Of a DNA stretch of 64,000 nt, positions 12,706 to 27,700 are shown piece after piece. The notes under the pieces were generated by a model. The model searched no databases. It was given only the letters and a program-made list of their open reading frames with translations, and was not told where the DNA came from. Source of the DNA: Antedon mediterranea (taxonomy: Eukaryota; Animalia; Echinodermata); NCBI RefSeq assembly GCF_964355755.1, contig NW_027306097.1, forward strand, positions 1 to 64,000. The letters are read 5' to 3'. Position 1 is the stretch's first letter, and each line of letters starts with the position of its first letter. A program made the translations under genes and the position numbers.

Positions 12706-15700
12706 GGTCTAAAACGTCTCCAAATGTGATTTGAAGCTATTCTAAGCACTTTGGTGTTTTTATGTTAAAAAGTTTTTTCGAAAATCACAAAATGGTCTAA
12801 AACGTCTCCAAATGCGATTTGATGATATTCTAAGCACTTTGGTATTTTGTGTGAAAAAGTTTTGTCGAAATGCTCAAAATGGTCTAAAACGATTTATAAT
12901 GTGATTTTAAGCACTTTGATGTTTTTGTGTAACCAAGTTTCATCGAAATGCACAAAATGGTCTAAAACGTCTCCAAATGCGATTTGAAGCTATTCTAAGC
13001 ACTTTGGTGTTTTGTGTGAAAAAGTTTTGTCTAAAGGCTCAAAATGGTCTAAAACGTTTTTAAATACGATATTAAGCTATTTTGTGCTCTTTGATGTTTT
13101 TGTGTGAAAAGTGTTACCGAAATGCTCAAAATGGTCTAAAACGGTTTATAATGTGATTTTAAGCACTTTGATGTTTTTGTGTAACCAAGTTTTTTCGAAA
13201 ATCTCAAAATGGTCTAAAACGTCTCCAAATACGATTTGAAGCTATTCTAAGCACTTTGGTGTTTTTATGTTAACAAGTTTTTTCGAAAATCACAAAATGG
13301 TCTAAAACGTCTCCAAATGCGATTTGAAGCTATTCTAAGCACTTTGGTGTTTTTATGTTAACGAGTTTTTTCAAAATCACAAAATGGTCTAAAACGTCTC
13401 CAAATGCGATTTGAAGCTATTCTAAACCCTTTGGTGTTTTTATGTTGATAAGTTTTTTCGAAAATCACAAATTGGTCTAAAACGTCTCCAAATGCGATTT
13501 GAAGCTATTCTAAACACTTTGGTGTTTTTATGTTAACAATTTTTTTTCGAAAATCACAAAATGGTCTAAAACGTTTCCAAATGCGATTTGAAGCTATTCT
13601 AAGCACTTTCGTGTTTTTATGTTAACAAGTTTTTTCGAAAATCACAAAATGGTCTAAAACGTTTCCAAATGCGATTTGAAGCTATTCTAAGCACTTCGTG
13701 TTTTTATGTTAACAAGTTTTTTCGAAAATCACAAAATGGTCTAAAATGTCTCCAAATGTGATTTGAAGCTAATCTAAGCACTTTGGTGTTTTTATGTTAA
13801 AAAGTTTTTTCGAAAATCACAAAATGGTCTAAAACGTCTCCAAATGCGATTTGAAGCTATTCTAAGCACTTTGGTATTTTGTGTGAAAAAGTTTTGTCGA
13901 AATGCTCAAAATGGTCTAAAACGATTTATAATGTGATTTTAAGCACTTTGATGTTTTTGTGTAACCAAGTTTCATCGAAATGCACAAAATGGTCTAAAAC
14001 GTCTCCAAATGCGATTTGAAGCTATTCTAAGCACTTTGGTGTTTTGTGTGAAAAAGTTTTGTCTAAATGCTCAAAATGGTCTAAAACGTTTTTAAATACG
14101 ATATTAAGCTATTTTGTGCTCTTTGATGTTTTTGTGTGAAAAGTGTTATCGAAATGCTCAAAATGGTCTAAAACGTTTTATAATGTGATTTTAAGCACTT
14201 TGATGTTTTTGTGTAATCAAGTTTCATCGAAATGCACAAATTGGTCTAAAACGTCTCCAAATGCGATTTGAAGCTATTCTAAGCACTTTGGTGTTTTGTG
14301 TGAAAAAGTTTTGTCGAAATGCTCAAAATGGTCTAAAACGTTTTTAAATACGATATTAAGCTATTTTGTGCTCTTTGATGTTTTTGTGTGAAAAGTGTTA
14401 TCGAAATGCTCAAAATGGTCTAAAACGGTTTATAATGTGATTTTAAGCACTTTGATGTTTTTGTGTAACCAAGTTTTTTCGAAAATCTCAAAATGGTCTA
14501 AAACGTCTCCAAATACGATTTGAAGCTATTCTAAGCACTTTGGTGTTTTTATGTTAACAAGTTTGTTCAAAATCACAAAATGGTCTAAAACGTCTCCAAA
14601 TGTGATTTGAAGCTATTCTAAGCACTTTGGTGTTTTTATGTTAACAAGTTTTTTCAAAAATCACAAATTGGTCTAAAACGTCTCCAAATGCGATTTGAAG
14701 CTATTCTAAGCACTTTGGTGTTTTGTGTGAAAAAGTTTTATCTAAATGCTCAAAATGGTCTAAAACATTTTTAAATACGATATTAAGCTATTTTGTGCTC
14801 TTTGATGTTTTTGTGTGAAAATTGTTATCGAAATGCTCAAAATGGTCTAAAACGGTTTATAATGTGATTCTAAGCACTTATGGTCTAAAATGTCTCCAAA
14901 TGTGATTTGAAGCTATTCTAAGCACTTTGGTGTTTTTATGTTAAAAAGTTTTTTCGAAAATCACAAAATGGTCTAAAACGTCTCCAAATGCGATTTGAAG
15001 CTATTCTAAGCACTTTGGTATTTTGTGTGAAAAAGTTTTGTCGAAATGCTCAAAATGGTCTAAAACGATTTATAATGTGATTTTAAGCACTTTGATGTTT
15101 TTGTGTAACCAAGTTTCATCGAAATGCACAAAATGGTCTAAAACGTCTCCAAATGCGATTTGAAGCTATTCTAAGCACTTTGGTGTTTTGTGTGAAAAAG
15201 TTTTGTCTAAATGCTCAAAATGGTCTAAAACGTTTTTAAATACGATATTAAGCTATTTTGTGCTCTTTGATGTTTTTGTGTGAAAAGTGTTATCGAAATG
15301 CTCAAAATGGTCTAAAACGGTTTATAATGTGATTTTAAGCACTTTGATGTTTTTGTGTAATCAAGTTTCATCGAAATGCACAAATTGGTCTAAAACGTCT
15401 CCAAATGCGATTTGAAGCTATTCTAAGCACTTTGGTGTTTTGTGTGAAAAAGTTTTGTCGAAATGCTCAAAATGGTCTAAAACGTTTTTAAATACGATAT
15501 TAAGCTATTTTGTGCTCTTTGATGTTTTTGTGTGAAAAGTGTTATCGAAATTCTCAAAATGGTCTAAAACGGTTTATAATGTGATTTTAAGCACTTTGGT
15601 GTTTTTATGTTAACAAGTTTTTTCGAAAATCACAAAATAGTCTAAAACGTCTCCAAATGCGATTTGAAGCTATTCTAAGCACTTTGGTGTTTTTATGTTA

Positions 15701-15787
15701 ACAAGTTTTTTCAAAATCACAAAATGGTCTAAAACGTCTCCAAATGCGATTTGAAGCTATTCTAAACCCTTTGGTGTTTTTATGTTG

Positions 15788-18700
15788 ATAAGTTTTTTCG
15801 AAAATCACAAAATGGTCTAAAACGTCTCCAAATGTGATTTGAAGCTATTCTAAGCACTTTGGTGTTTTTATGTTAACAAGTTTTTTCAAAAATCACAAAA
15901 TGGTCTAAAACGTCTCCAAATGCGATTTGAAGCTATTCTAAGCACTTTGGTGTTTTGTGTGAAAAAGTTTTGTCTAAATGCTCAAAATGGTCTAAAACGT
16001 TTTTAAATACGATATTAAGCTATTTTGTGCTCTTTGATGTTTTTGTGTGAAAAGTGTTATCGAAATGCTCAAAATGGTCTAAAACGGTTTATAATGTGAT
16101 TTTAAGCACTTTGATGTTTTTGTGTAATCAAGTTTCATCGAAATGCACAAATTGGTCTAAAACGTCTCCAAATGCGATTTGAAGCTATTCTAAGCACTTT
16201 GGTGTTTTGTGTGAAAAAGTTTTGTCGAAATGCTCAAAATGGTCTAAAACGTTTTTAAATACGATATTAAGCTATTTTGTGCTCTTTGATGTTTTTGTGT
16301 GAAAAGTGTTATCGAAATGCTCAAAATGGTCTAAAACGGTTTATAATGTGATTTTAAGCACTTTGATGTTTTTGTGTAACCAAGTTTTTTCGAAAATCTC
16401 AAAATGGTCTAAAACGTCTCCAAATACGATTTGAAGCTATTCTAAGCACTTTGGTGTTTTTATGTTAACAAGTTTTTTCGAAAATCACAAAATGGTCTAA
16501 AACGTCTCCAAATGCGATTTGAAGCTATTCTAAGCACTTTGGTGTTTTTATGTTAACAAGTTTTTTCGAAAATCACAAAATGGTCTAAAACGTCTCCAAA
16601 TGCGATTTGAAGCTATTCTAAGCACTTTGGTGTTTTTATGTTAACAAGTTTTTTCAAAATCACAAAATGGTCTAAACCGTCTCCAAATGCGATTTGAAGC
16701 TTTTCTAAGCACTTTGGTGTTTTGTGTGAAAAATTTTATCTAAATGCTCAAAATGGTCTAAAACATTTTTAAATACGATATTAAGCTATTTTGTGCTCTT
16801 TGATGTTTTTGTGTGAAAATTGTTATCGAAATGCTCAAAATGGTCTAAAACGGTTTATATTGTGATTCTAAGCACTTTGGTGTTTTTATGTTAACAATCT
16901 TTTTCGAAAATCACAAAATGGTCTAAAACGTTTCCAAATGCGATTTGAAGCTATTCTAAGCACTTTCGTGTTTTTATGTTAACAAGTTTTTTCGAAAATC
17001 ACAAAATGGTCTAAAACGTCTCCAAATGTGATTTGAAGCTATTCTAAGCACTTTGGTGTTTTTATGTTAACAAGTTTTTTCAAAAATCACAAAATGGTCT
17101 AAAACGTCTCCAAATGCGATTTGAAGCTATTCTAAACCCTTTGGTGTTTTTATGTTGATAAGTTTTTTCGAAAGTCACAAAATGGTCTAAAACGTCTCCA
17201 AATGCGATTTGAAGCTATTCTAAGCACTTTGGTGTTTTGTGTGAAAAAGTTTTGTCTAAATGCTCAAAAAATGGTCTAAAACGTTTTTAAATACGATATT
17301 AAGCTATTTTGTGCTCTTTGATGTTTTTGTGTGAAAAGTGTTTTCGAAATGCTCAAAATGGTCTAAAACGGTTTATAATGTGATTTTAAGCACGTTGATG
17401 TTTTTGTGTAATCAAGTTTCATCGAAATGCACAAATTGGTCTAAAACGTCTCCAAATGCGATTTGAAGCTATTCTAAGCACTTTGGTGTGAAAAAGTTTT
17501 GTCGAAATGCTGAAAATGGTCTAAAACGTTTTTAAATACGATATTAAGCTATTTTGTGCTCTTTGATGTTTTTGTGTGAAAAGTGTTATCGAAATGTTCA
17601 AAATGGTCTAAAACGGTTTATAATGTGATTTTAAGCACTTTGATGTTTTTGTGTAACCAAGTTTTTTCGAAAATCTCAAAAGGGTCTAAAACGTCTCCAA
17701 ATACGATTTGAAGCTATTCTAAGCACTTTGGTGTTTTTATGTTAACAAGTTCTTTCGAAAATCACAAAATGGTCTAAAACGTCTCCAAATGCGATTTGAA
17801 GCTATTCTAAGCACTTTGGTGTTTTTATGTTAACAAGTTTTTTCAAAATCACAAAATGGTCTAAACCGTCTCCAAATGCGATTTGAAGCTATTCTAAGCA
17901 CTTTGGTGTTTTGTGTGAAAAAGTTTTATCTAAATGCTCAAAATGGTCTAAAACATTTTTAAATACGATATTAAGCTATTTTGTGCTCTTTGATGTTTTT
18001 GTGTGAAAATTGTTATCGAAATGCTCAAAATGGTCTAAAACGGTTTATAATGTGATTCTAAGCACTTTGGTGTTTTTATGTTAACAATTTTTTTCGAAAA
18101 TCACAAAATGGTCTAAAACGTTTCCAAATGCGATTTGAAGCTATTCTAAGCACTTTCGTGTTTTTATGTTAACAAGTTTTTTCGAAAATCACAAAATGGT
18201 CTAAAACGTCTCCAAATGTGATTTGAAGCTATTCTAAGCACTTTGGTCTTTTTATGTTAAAAAAGTTTTTTCGAAAATCACAAAATGGTCTAAAACGTCT
18301 CCAAATGCGATTTGAAGCTATTCTAAGCCCTTTGGTATTTTGTGTGAAAAAGTTTTGTCGAAATGCTCAAAATGGTCTAAAACGATTTATAATGTGATTT
18401 TAAGCACTTTGATGTTTTTGTGTAACCAAGTTTCATCGAAATGCACAAAATGGTCTAAAACGTCTCCAAATGCGATTTGAAGCTATTCTAAGCACTTTGG
18501 TGTTTTGTGTGAAAAAGTTTTGTCTAAATGCTCAAAATGGTCTAAAACGTTTTTAAATACGATATTAAGCTATTTTGTGCTCTTTGATGTTTTTGTGTGA
18601 AAAGTGTTATCGAAATGCTCAAAATGGTCTAAAACGGTTTATAATGTGATTTTAAGCACGTTGATGTTTTTGTGTAATCAAGTTTCATCGAAATGCACAA

Positions 18701-21700
18701 ATTGGTCTAAAACGTCTCCAAATGCGATTTGAAGCTATTCTAAGCACTTTGGTGTTTTGTGTGAAAAAGTTTTGTCGAAATGCTCAAAATGGTCTAAAAC
18801 GTTTTTAAATACGATATTAAGCTATTTTGTGCTCTTTGATGTTTTTGTGTGAAAAGTGTTATCGAAATTCTCAAAATGGTCTAAAACGGTTTATAATGTG
18901 ATTTTAAGCACTTTGATGTTTTTGTGTAACCAAGTTTTTTCGAAAATCTCAAAATGGTCTAAAACGTCTCCAAATACGATTTGAAGCTATTCTAAGCACT
19001 TTGGTGTTTTTATGTTAACAAGTTTTTTCGAAAATCACAAAATAGTCTAAAACGTCTCCAAATGTGATTTGAAGCTATTCTAACACTTTGGTGTTTTTAT
19101 GTTAACAAGTTTTTTCAAAAATCACAAAATGGTCTAAAACGTCTCCAAATGCGATTTGAAGCTATTCTAAGCACTTTGGTGTTTTGTGTGAAAAAGTTTT
19201 ATCTAAATGCTCAAAATGGTCTAAAACATTTTTAAATACGATATTAAGCTATTTTGTGCTCTTTGATGTTTTTGTGTGAAAATTGTTATCGAAATGCTCA
19301 AAATGGTCTAAAACGGTTTATAATGTGATTCTAAGCACTTTGGTGTTTTTATGTTAACAATTTTTTTCGAAAATCACAAAATGGTCTAAAACGTTTCCAA
19401 ATGCGATTTGAAGCTATTCTAAGCACTTTCGTGTTTTTATGTTAACAAGTTTTTTCGAAAATCACAAAATGGTCTAAAACGTCTCCAAATGTGATTTGAA
19501 GCTATTCTAAGCACTTTGGTGTTTTTATGTTAAAAAGTTTTTTCGAAAATCACAAAATGGTCTAAAACGTCTCCAAATGCGATTTGAAGCTATTCTAAGC
19601 CCTTTGGTATTTTGTGTGAAAAAGTTTTGTCGAAATGCTCAAAATGGTCTAAAACGATTTATAATGTGATTTTAAGCACTTTGATGTTTTTGTGTAACCA
19701 AGCTTCATCGAAATGCACAAAATGGTCTAAAACGTCTCCAAATGCGATTTGAAGCTATTCTAAGCACTTTGGTGTTTTGTGTGAAAAAGTTTTGTCTAAA
19801 TGCTCAAAATGGTCTAAAACGTTTTTAAATACGATATTAAGCTATTTTGTGCTCTTTGATGTTTTTGTGTGAAAAGTGTTATCGAAATGCTCAAAATGGT
19901 CTAAAACGGTTTATAATGTGATTTTAAGCACGTTGATGTTTTTGTGTAATCAAGTTTCATCGAAATGCACAAATTGGTCTAAAACTTCTCCAAATGCGAT
20001 TTGAAGCTATTCTAAGCACTTTGGTGTTTTGTGTGAAAAAGTTTTGTCGAAATGCTCAAAATGGTCTAAAACGTTTTTAAATACGATATTAAGCTATTTT
20101 GTGCTCTTTGATGTTTTTGTGTGAAAAGTGTTATCGAAATGTTCAAAATGGTCTAAAACGGTTTATAATGTGATTTTAAGCACTTTGATGTTTTTGTGTA
20201 ACCAAGTTTTTTCGGAAATCTCAAAATGGTCTAAAACGTCTCCAAATACGATTTGAAGCTATTCTAAGCACTTTCATGTTTTTATGTTAACAAGTTTTTT
20301 CGAAAATCACAAAATGGTCTAAAACGTTTCCAAATGCGATTTGAAGCTATTCTAAGCACTTTCGTGTTTTTATGTTAACAAGTTTTTTCGAAAATCACAA
20401 AATGGTCTAAAACGTCTCCAAATGCGATTTGAAGCTATTCTAAACCCTTTGGTGTTTTTATGTTGATAAGTTTTTTCGAAAATCACAAATTGGTCTAAAA
20501 CGTCTCCAAATGCGATTTGAAGCTATTCTAAACACTTTGGTGTTTTTATGTTAACAATTTTTTTCGAAAATCACAAAATGGTCTAAAACGTTTCCAAATG
20601 CGATTTGAAGCTATTCTAAGCACTTTCGTGTTTTTATGTTAACAAGTTTTTTCGAAAATCACTAAATGGTCTAAAACGTTTCCAAATGCGATTTGAAGCT
20701 ATTCTAAGCACTTTCGTGTTTTTATGTTAACAAGTTTTTTCGAAAATCACAAAATGGTCTAAAACGTCTCCAAATGTGATTTGAAGCTATTCTAAGCACT
20801 TTGGTGTTTTTATGTTAACAAGTTTTTTCAAAAATCACAAAATGGTCTAAAACGTCTCCAAATGCGATTTGAAGCTATTCTAAGCACTTTGGTGTTTTGT
20901 GTGAAAAAGTTTTATCTAAATGCTCAAAATGGTCTAAAACATTTTTAAATACGATATTAAGCTATTTTGTGCTCTTTGATGTTTTTGTGTGAAAATTGTT
21001 ATCGAAATGCTCAAAATGGTCTAAAACGGTTTATAATGTGATTCTAAGCACTTATGGTCTAAAACGTCTCCAAATGTGATTTGAAGCTATTCTAAGCACT
21101 TTGGTGTTTTTATGTTAAAAAGTTTTTTCGAAAATCACAAAATGGTCTAAAACGTCTCCAAATGCGATTTGAAGCTATTCTAAGCACTTTGGTATTTTGT
21201 GTGAAAAAGTTTTGTCGAAATGCTCAAAATGGTCTAAAACGATTTATAATGTGATTTTAAGCACTTTGATGTTTTTGTGTAACCAAGTTTCATCGAAATG
21301 CACAAAATGGTCTAAAACGTCTCCAAATGCGATTTGAAGCTATTCTAAGCACTTTGGTGTTTTGTGTGAAAAAGTTTTGTCTAAAGGCTCAAAATGGTCT
21401 AAAACGTTTTTAAATACGATATTAAGCTATTTTGTGCTCTTTGATGTTTTTGTGTGAAAAGTGTTACCGAAATGCTCAAAATGGTCTAAAACGGTTTATA
21501 ATGTGATTTTAAGCACTTTGATGTTTTTGTGTAACCAAGTTTTTTCGAAAATCTCAAAATGGTCTAAAACGTCTCCAAATACGATTTGAAGCTATTCTAA
21601 GCACTTTGGTGTTTTTATGTTAACAAGTTTTTTCGAAAATCACAAAATGGTCTAAAACGTCTCCAAATGCGATTTGAAGCTATTCTAAGCACTTTGGTGT

Positions 21701-24700
21701 TTTTATGTTAACAAGTTTTTTCAAAATCACAAAATGGTCTAAAACGTCTCCAAATGCGATTTGAAGCTATTCTAAACCCTTTGGTGTTTTTATGTTGATA
21801 AGTTTTTTCGAAAATCACAAATTTGTCTAAAACGTCTCCAAATGCGATTTGAAGCTATTCTAAACACTTTGGTGTTTTTATGTTAACAATTTTTTTTCGA
21901 AAATCACAAAATGGTCTAAAACGTTTCCAAATGCGATTTGAAGCTATTCTAAGCACTTTCGTGTTTTTATGTTAACAAGTTTTTTCGAAAATCACAAAAT
22001 GGTCTAAAACGTTTCCAAAAGCGATTTGAAGCTATTCTAAGCACTTTCGTGTTTTTATGTTAACAAGTTTTTTCGAAAATCACAAAATGGTCTAAAACGT
22101 CTCCAAATGTGATTTGAAGCTATTCTAAGCACTTTGGTGTTTTTATGTTAACAAGTTTTTTCAAAAATCACAAAATGGTCTAAAACGTCTCCAAATGCGA
22201 TTTGAAGCTATTCTAAGCACTTTGGTGTTTTGTGTGAAAAAGTTTTATCTAAATGCTCAAAATGGTCTAAAACATTTTTAAATACGATATTAAGCTATTT
22301 TGTGCTCTTTGATGTTTTTGTGTGAAAATTGTTATCGAAATGCTCAAAATGGTCTAAAACGGTTTATAATGTGATTCTAAGCACTTTGGTGTTTTTATGT
22401 TAACAATTTTTTTCGAAAATCACAAAATGGTCTAAAACGTTTCCAAATGCGATTTGAAGCTATTCTAAGCACTTCGTGTTTTTATGTTAACAAGTTTTTT
22501 CGAAAATCACAAAATGGTCTAAAATGTCTCCAAATGTGATTTGAAGCTATTCTAAGCACTTTGGTGTTTTTATGTTAAAAAGTTTTTTCGAAAATCACAA
22601 AATGGTCTAAAACGTCTCCAAATGCGATTTGAAGCTATTCTAAGCACTTTGGTGTTTTGTGTGAAAAAGTTTTGTCTAAATGCTCAAAATGGTCTAAAAC
22701 GTTTTTAAATACGATATTAAGCTATTTTGTGCTCTTTGATGTTTTTGTGTGAAAAGTGTTATCGAAATGCTCAAAATGGTCTAAAACGGTTTATAATGTG
22801 ATTTTAAGCACTTTGATGTTTTTGTGTAATCAAGTTTCATCGAAATGCACAAATTGGTCTAAAACGTCTCCAAATGCGATTTGAAGCTATTCTAAGCACT
22901 TTGGTGTTTTGTGTGAAAAAGTTTTGTCGAAATGCTCAAAATGGTCTAAAACGTTTTTAAATACGATATTAAGCTATTTTGTGCTCTTTGATGTTTTTGT
23001 GTGAAAAGTGTTATCGAAATGCTCAAAATGGTCTAAAACGGTTTATAATGTGATTTTAAGCACTTTGATGTTTTTGTGTAACCAAGTTTTTTCGAAAATC
23101 TCAAAATGGTCTAAAACGTCTCCAAATACGATTTGAAGCTATTCTAAGCACTTTGGTGTTTTTATGTTAACAAGTTTGTTCAAAATCACAAAATGGTCTA
23201 AAACGTCTCCAAATGTGATTTGAAGCTATTCTAAGCACTTTGGTGTTTTTATGTTAACAAGTTTTTTCAAAAATCACAAATTGGTCTAAAACGTCTCCAA
23301 ATGCGATTTGAAGCTATTCTAAGCACTTTGGTGTTTTGTGTGAAAAAGTTTTATCTAAATGCTCAAAATGGTCTAAAACATTTTTAAATACGATATTAAG
23401 CTATTTTGTGCTCTTTGATGTTTTTGTGTGAAAATTGTTATCGAAATGCTCAAAATGGTCTAAAACGGTTTATAATGTGATTCTAAGCACTTTTGGTCTA
23501 AAATGTCTCCAAATGTGATTTGAAGCTATTCTAAGCACTTTGGTGTTTTTATGTTAAAAAGTTTTTTCGAAAATCACAAAATGGTCTAAAACGTCTCAAA
23601 ATGCGATTTGAAGCTATTCTAAGCACTTTGGTATTTTGTGTGAAAAAGTTTTGTCGAAATGCTCAAAATGGTCTAAAACGATTTATAATGTGATTTTAAG
23701 CACTTTGATGTTTTTGTGTAACCAAGTTTCATCGAAATGCACAAAATGGTCTAAAACGTCTCCAAATGCGATTTGAAGCTATTCTAAGCACTTTGGTGTT
23801 TTGTGTGAAAAAGTTTTGTCTAAATGCTCAAAATGGTCTAAAACGTTTTTAAATACGATATTAAGCTATTTTGTGCTCTTTGATGTTTTTGTGTGAAAAG
23901 TGTTATCGAAATGCTCAAAATGGTCTAAAACGGTTTATAATGTGATTTTAAGCACTTTGATGTTTTTGTGTAATCAAGTTTCATCGAAATGCACAAATTG
24001 GTCTAAAACGTCTCCAAATGCGATTTGAAGCTATTCTAAGCACTTTGGTGTTTTGTGTGAAAAAGTTTTGTCGAAATGCTCAAAATGGTCTAAAACGTTT
24101 TTAAATACGATATTAAGCTATTTTGTGCTCTTTGATGTTTTTGTGTGAAAAGTGTTATCGAAATTCTCAAAATGGTCTAAAACGGTTTATAATGTGATTT
24201 TAAGCACTTTGATGTTTTTGTGTAACCAAGTTTTTTCGAAAATCTCAAAATGGTCTAAAACGTCTCCAAATACGATTTGAAGCTATTCTAAGCACTTTGG
24301 TGTTTTTATGTTAACAAGTTTTTTCGAAAATCACAAAATAGTCTAAAACGTCTCCAAATGCGATTTGAAGCTATTCTAAGCACTTTGGTGTTTTTATGTT
24401 AACAAGTTTTTTCAAAATCACAAAATGGTCTAAAACGTCTCCAAATGCGATTTGAAGCTATTCTAAACCCTTTGGTGTTTTTATGTTGATAAGTTTTTTC
24501 GAAAATCACAAAATGGTCTAAAACGTCTCCAAATGTGATTTGAAGCTATTCTAAGCACTTTGGTGTTTTTATGTTAACAAGTTTTTTCAAAAATCACAAA
24601 ATGGTCTAAAACGTCTCAAAATGCGATTTGAAGCTATTCTAAGCACTTTGGTGTTTTGTGTGAAAAAGTTTTATCTAAATGCTCAAAATGGTCTAAAACA

Positions 24701-27700
24701 TTTTTAAATACGATATTAAGCTATTTTGTGCTCTTTGATGTTTTTGTGTGAAAATTGTTATCGAAATGCTCAAAATGGTATAAAACGGTTTATAATGTGA
24801 TTCTAAGCACTTTGGTGTTTTTATGTTAACAATTTTTTTCGAAAATCACAAAATGGTCTAAAACGTTTCCAAATGCGATTTGAAGCTATTCTAAGCACTT
24901 TCGTGTTTTTATGTTAACAAGTTTTTTCGAAAATCACAAAATGGTCTAAAACGTCTCCAAATGTGATTTGAAGCTATTCTAAGCACTTTGGTCTTTTTAT
25001 GTTAAAAAGTTTTTTCGAAAATCACAAAATGGTCTAAAACGTCTCCAAATGCGATTTGAAGCTATTCTAAGCCCTTTGGTATTTTGTGTGAAAAAGTTTT
25101 GTCGAAATGCTCAAAATGGTCTAAAACGATTTATAATGTGATTTTAAGCACTTTGATGTTTTTGTGTAACCAAGTTTCATCGAAATGCACAAAATGGTCT
25201 AAAACGTCTCCAAATGCGATTTGAAGCTATTCTAAGCACTTTGGTGTTTTGTGTGAAAAAGTTTTGTCTAAATGCTCAAAATGGTCTAAAACGTTTTTAA
25301 ATACGATATTAAGCTATTTTGTGCTCTTTGATGTTTTTGTGTGAAAAGTGTTATCGAAATGCTCAAAATGGTCTAAAACGGTTTATAATGTGATTTTAAG
25401 CACGTTGATGTTTTTGTGTAATCAAGTTTCATCGAAATGCACAAATTGGTCTAAAACGTCTCCAAATGCGATTTGAAGCTATTCTAAGCACTTTGGTGTT
25501 TTGTGTGAAAAAGTTTTGTCGAAATGCTCAAAATGGTCTAAAACGTTTTTAAATACGATATTAAGCTATTTTGTGCTCTTTGATGTTTTTGTGTGAAAAG
25601 TGTTATCGAAATGTTCAAAATGGTCTAAAACGGTTTATAATGTGATTTTAAGCACTTTGATGTTTTTGTGTAACCAAGTTTTTTCGAAAATCTCAAAATG
25701 GTCTAAAACGTCTCCAAATACGATTTGAAGCTATTCTAAGCACTTTGGTGTTTTTATGTTAACAAGTTTTTTCAAAAATCACAAAATGGTCTAAAACGTC
25801 TCCAAATGCGATTTGAAGCTATTCTAAGCACTTTGGTGTTTTTATGTTAACAAGTTTTTTCAAAATCACAAAATGGTCTAAACCGTCTCCAAATGCGATT
25901 TGAAGCTATTCTAAGCACTTTGGTGTTTTGTGTGAAAAATTTTATCTAAATGCTCAAAATGGTCTAAAACATTTTTAAATACGATATTAAGCTATTTTGT
26001 GCTCTTTGATGTTTTTGTGTGAAAATTGTTATCGAAATGCTCAAAATGGTCTAAAACGGTTTATATTGTGATTCTAAGCACTTTGGTGTTTTTATGTTAA
26101 CAATCTTTTTCGAAAATCACAAAATGGTCTAAAACGTTTCCAAATGCGATTTGAAGCTATTCTAAGCACTTTCGTGTTTTTATGTTAACAAGTTTTTTCG
26201 AAAATCACAAAATGGTCTAAAACGTCTCCAAATGTGATTTGAAGCTATTCTAAGCACTTTGGTGTTTTTATGTTAACAAGTTTTTTCAAAAATCACAAAA
26301 TGGTCTAAAACGTCTCCAAATGCGATTTGAAGCTATTCTAAACCCTTTGGTGTTTTTATGTTGATAAGTTTTTTCGAAAATCACAAAATGGTCTAAAACG
26401 TCTCCAAATGCGATTTGAAGCTATTCTAAGCACTTTGGTGTTTTGTGTGAAAAAGTTTTGTCTAAATGCTCAAAAAATGGTCTAAAACGTTTTTAAATAC
26501 GATATTAAGCTATTTTGTGCTCTTTGATGTTTTTGTGTGAAAAGTGTTATCGAAATGCTCAAAATGGTCTAAAACGGTTTATAATGTGATTTTAAGCACG
26601 TTGATGTTTTTGTGTAATCAAGTTTCATCGAAATGCACAAATTGGTCTAAAACGTCTCCAAATGCGATTTGAAGCTATTCTAAGCACTTTGGTGTTTTGT
26701 GTGAAAAAGTTTTGTCGAAATGCTCAAAATGGTCTAAAACGTTTTTAAATACGATATTAAGCTATTTTGTGCTCTTTGATGTTTTTGTGTGAAAAGTGTT
26801 ATCGAAATGTTCAAAATGGTCTAAAACGGTTTATAATGTGATTTTAAGCACTTTGATGTTTTTGTGTAACCAAGTTTTTTCTAAAATCTCAAAATGGTCT
26901 AAAACGTCTCCAAATACGATTTGAAGCTATTCTAAGCACTTTGGTGTTTTTATGTTAACAAGTTCTTTCGAAAATCACAAAATGGTCTAAAACGTCTCCA
27001 AATGCGATTTGAAGCTATTCTAAGCACTTTGGTGTTTTTATGTTAACAAGTTTTTTCAAAATCACAAAATGGTCTAAACCGTCTCCAAATGCGATTTGAA
27101 GCTATTCTAAGCACTTTGGTGTTTTGTGTGAAAAAGTTTTATCTAAATGCTCAAAATGGTCTAAAACATTTTTAAATACGATATTAAGCTATTTTGTGCT
27201 CTTTGATGTTTTTGTGTGAAAATTGTTATCGAAATGCTCAAAATGGTCTAAAACGGTTTATATTGTGATTCTAAGCACTTTGGTGTTTTTATGTTAACAA
27301 TCTTTTTCGAAAATCACAAAATGGTCTAAAACGTTTCCAAATGCGATTTGAAGCTATTCTAACCACTTTCGTGTTTTTATGTTAACAAGTTTTTTCGAAA
27401 ATCACAAAATGGTCTAAAACGTCTCCAAATGTGATTTGAAGCTATTCTAAGCACTTTGGTGTTTTTATGTTAACAAGTTTTTTCAAAAATCACAAAATGG
27501 TCTAAAACGTCTCCAAATGCGATTTGAAGCTATTCTAAGCACTTTGGTGTTTTTATGTTAACAGGTTTTTTCGAAGAACACAAAATGTTCTAAAACATCT
27601 CCAAATGCGATTTGAAGCTATTCTAAGCACTTTGGTGTTTTTATGTTAACAGTTTTTTTCGAAAATCACAAAATGGTCTAAAACGTCTCCAAATACGATT

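Larger units (their letters stand above)
1..15787 (+). repeat. Copy 1 of ~15.8-kb tandem segmental duplication within the satellite
   Basis: Rare variants recur at +15,787 to +15,797: GAAAGTCAC 1381/17170; GGTGTGAAAAAG 1696/17485; AAGCTTCATC 3911/19700; TTCGGAAATC 4421/20211; CACTTTTGGTCT 7691/23488; TTTTCGAAGAACAC 11771/27568. Confidence 0.9.
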
